Shown: positions 63,439-64,000 of the stretch, one piece after another
Layout of the letters: every line of letters starts with the position of its first letter
Numbering within the stretch: the first letter of the stretch is position 1
Assembly: GCA_965644295.1 (NCBI GenBank)
Contig: CBFFRP010000123.1
Coordinates: 186,001-250,000, forward strand
DNA length: 64,000 nucleotides
From: Paraphysomonas bandaiensis
Taxonomy: Eukaryota > Protista > Chrysophyceae
Direction: 5' to 3'
Notes under the pieces: model-generated
The model's input: the letters and a program-made list of their open reading frames with translations, nothing else
The model's database searches: none
What the model was told of the DNA's origin: nothing
Made by a program: the position numbers and the translations under genes

Positions 63439-64000
63439 CTAAATGTTAAACTTCTTGCGGTCTGTGTCGTGCATTTTGCGGCGGTATATCCATTCATACT
63501 CTCCGAACTTTGTGTCAAACGTTCCCTCTTGCAGCCATTTCATTTTCATCGTAAATCGCGGACCTAATTCCTGTAGTCTCGCCCTAGTTTTATCTTTTTC
63601 CTGACGATACACGTACCGATGGTGCCTAACAAAAATGAAGTCTCGCTGGTTGTGAAATGTGACCACCTGACGGCCCTCCAGTTGAGGTTCCTGTTCATGG
63701 GTTCGATGAGACAAAAATATCGGCTAAGAGTGAAGTTCTCTCACCTGAGGAAATATCGACCCAAGAAACCTCCCCGTACGACGCCCAAGACGGGTGGAAA
63801 AATTATTAAGGATGAGCTCCGGAATATGTGAGGTTGAGCGTCCATGTCCAGGTATCTTAGAGCCAGGCTGGAAGCTGCTAACCTACAGTCGCAATTATCA
63901 GAGCCAAGCTTCGAACAGTCCATAACGTACCTTAAAAAATGCCGTTGGTCCCACAGGTAAATGTGTCAATAGAACTCTAACAAAAAGAATTATAATAAAA
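63439..64000 (-). CDS. RPF1: Brix-domain ribosome biogenesis factor Rpf1, 3' part (runs out of the window)
   Basis: [55 protein letters not shown]. Confidence 0.9.

Overview
Gene-dense eukaryotic nuclear DNA with short (~40-65 bp) spliceosomal introns. The gene content suggests a stramenopile, probably a chrysophyte-like alga (inference). There are about 17 host genes: an EF-hand protein, ARM-repeat protein, COPA, Rab5-group GTPase, coiled-coil protein, degenerate hybrid histidine kinase, spinster-like MFS, PH-like protein, glycine-rich RRM/CCCH protein, LRR protein, intronless SNF2-type helicase, RRM protein, sterol desaturase, full-size ABCG, AP2-like protein, non-specific phospholipase C and the 3' end of RPF1. 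Twelve of them form six head-to-head pairs whose promoters and 5' ends carry a dense ApT/CATAC signature. The remaining gaps, mostly tail-to-tail, hold transposon debris: a degenerate non-LTR-like family, a ~290-320 bp LTR family with a TGGTAGCG primer-binding site (solo LTRs and a TRIM-like tandem), and three kinds of MITE. The most unusual object is a Ty1/copia element. Its 1664-aa polyprotein is intact but its LTRs are badly diverged, its ATG abuts the PBS, it has a Tudor/SH3-like module after the integrase, and it has a host-promoter-like ApT island just before RT. All homology calls come from motif recognition by eye; no searches were run.
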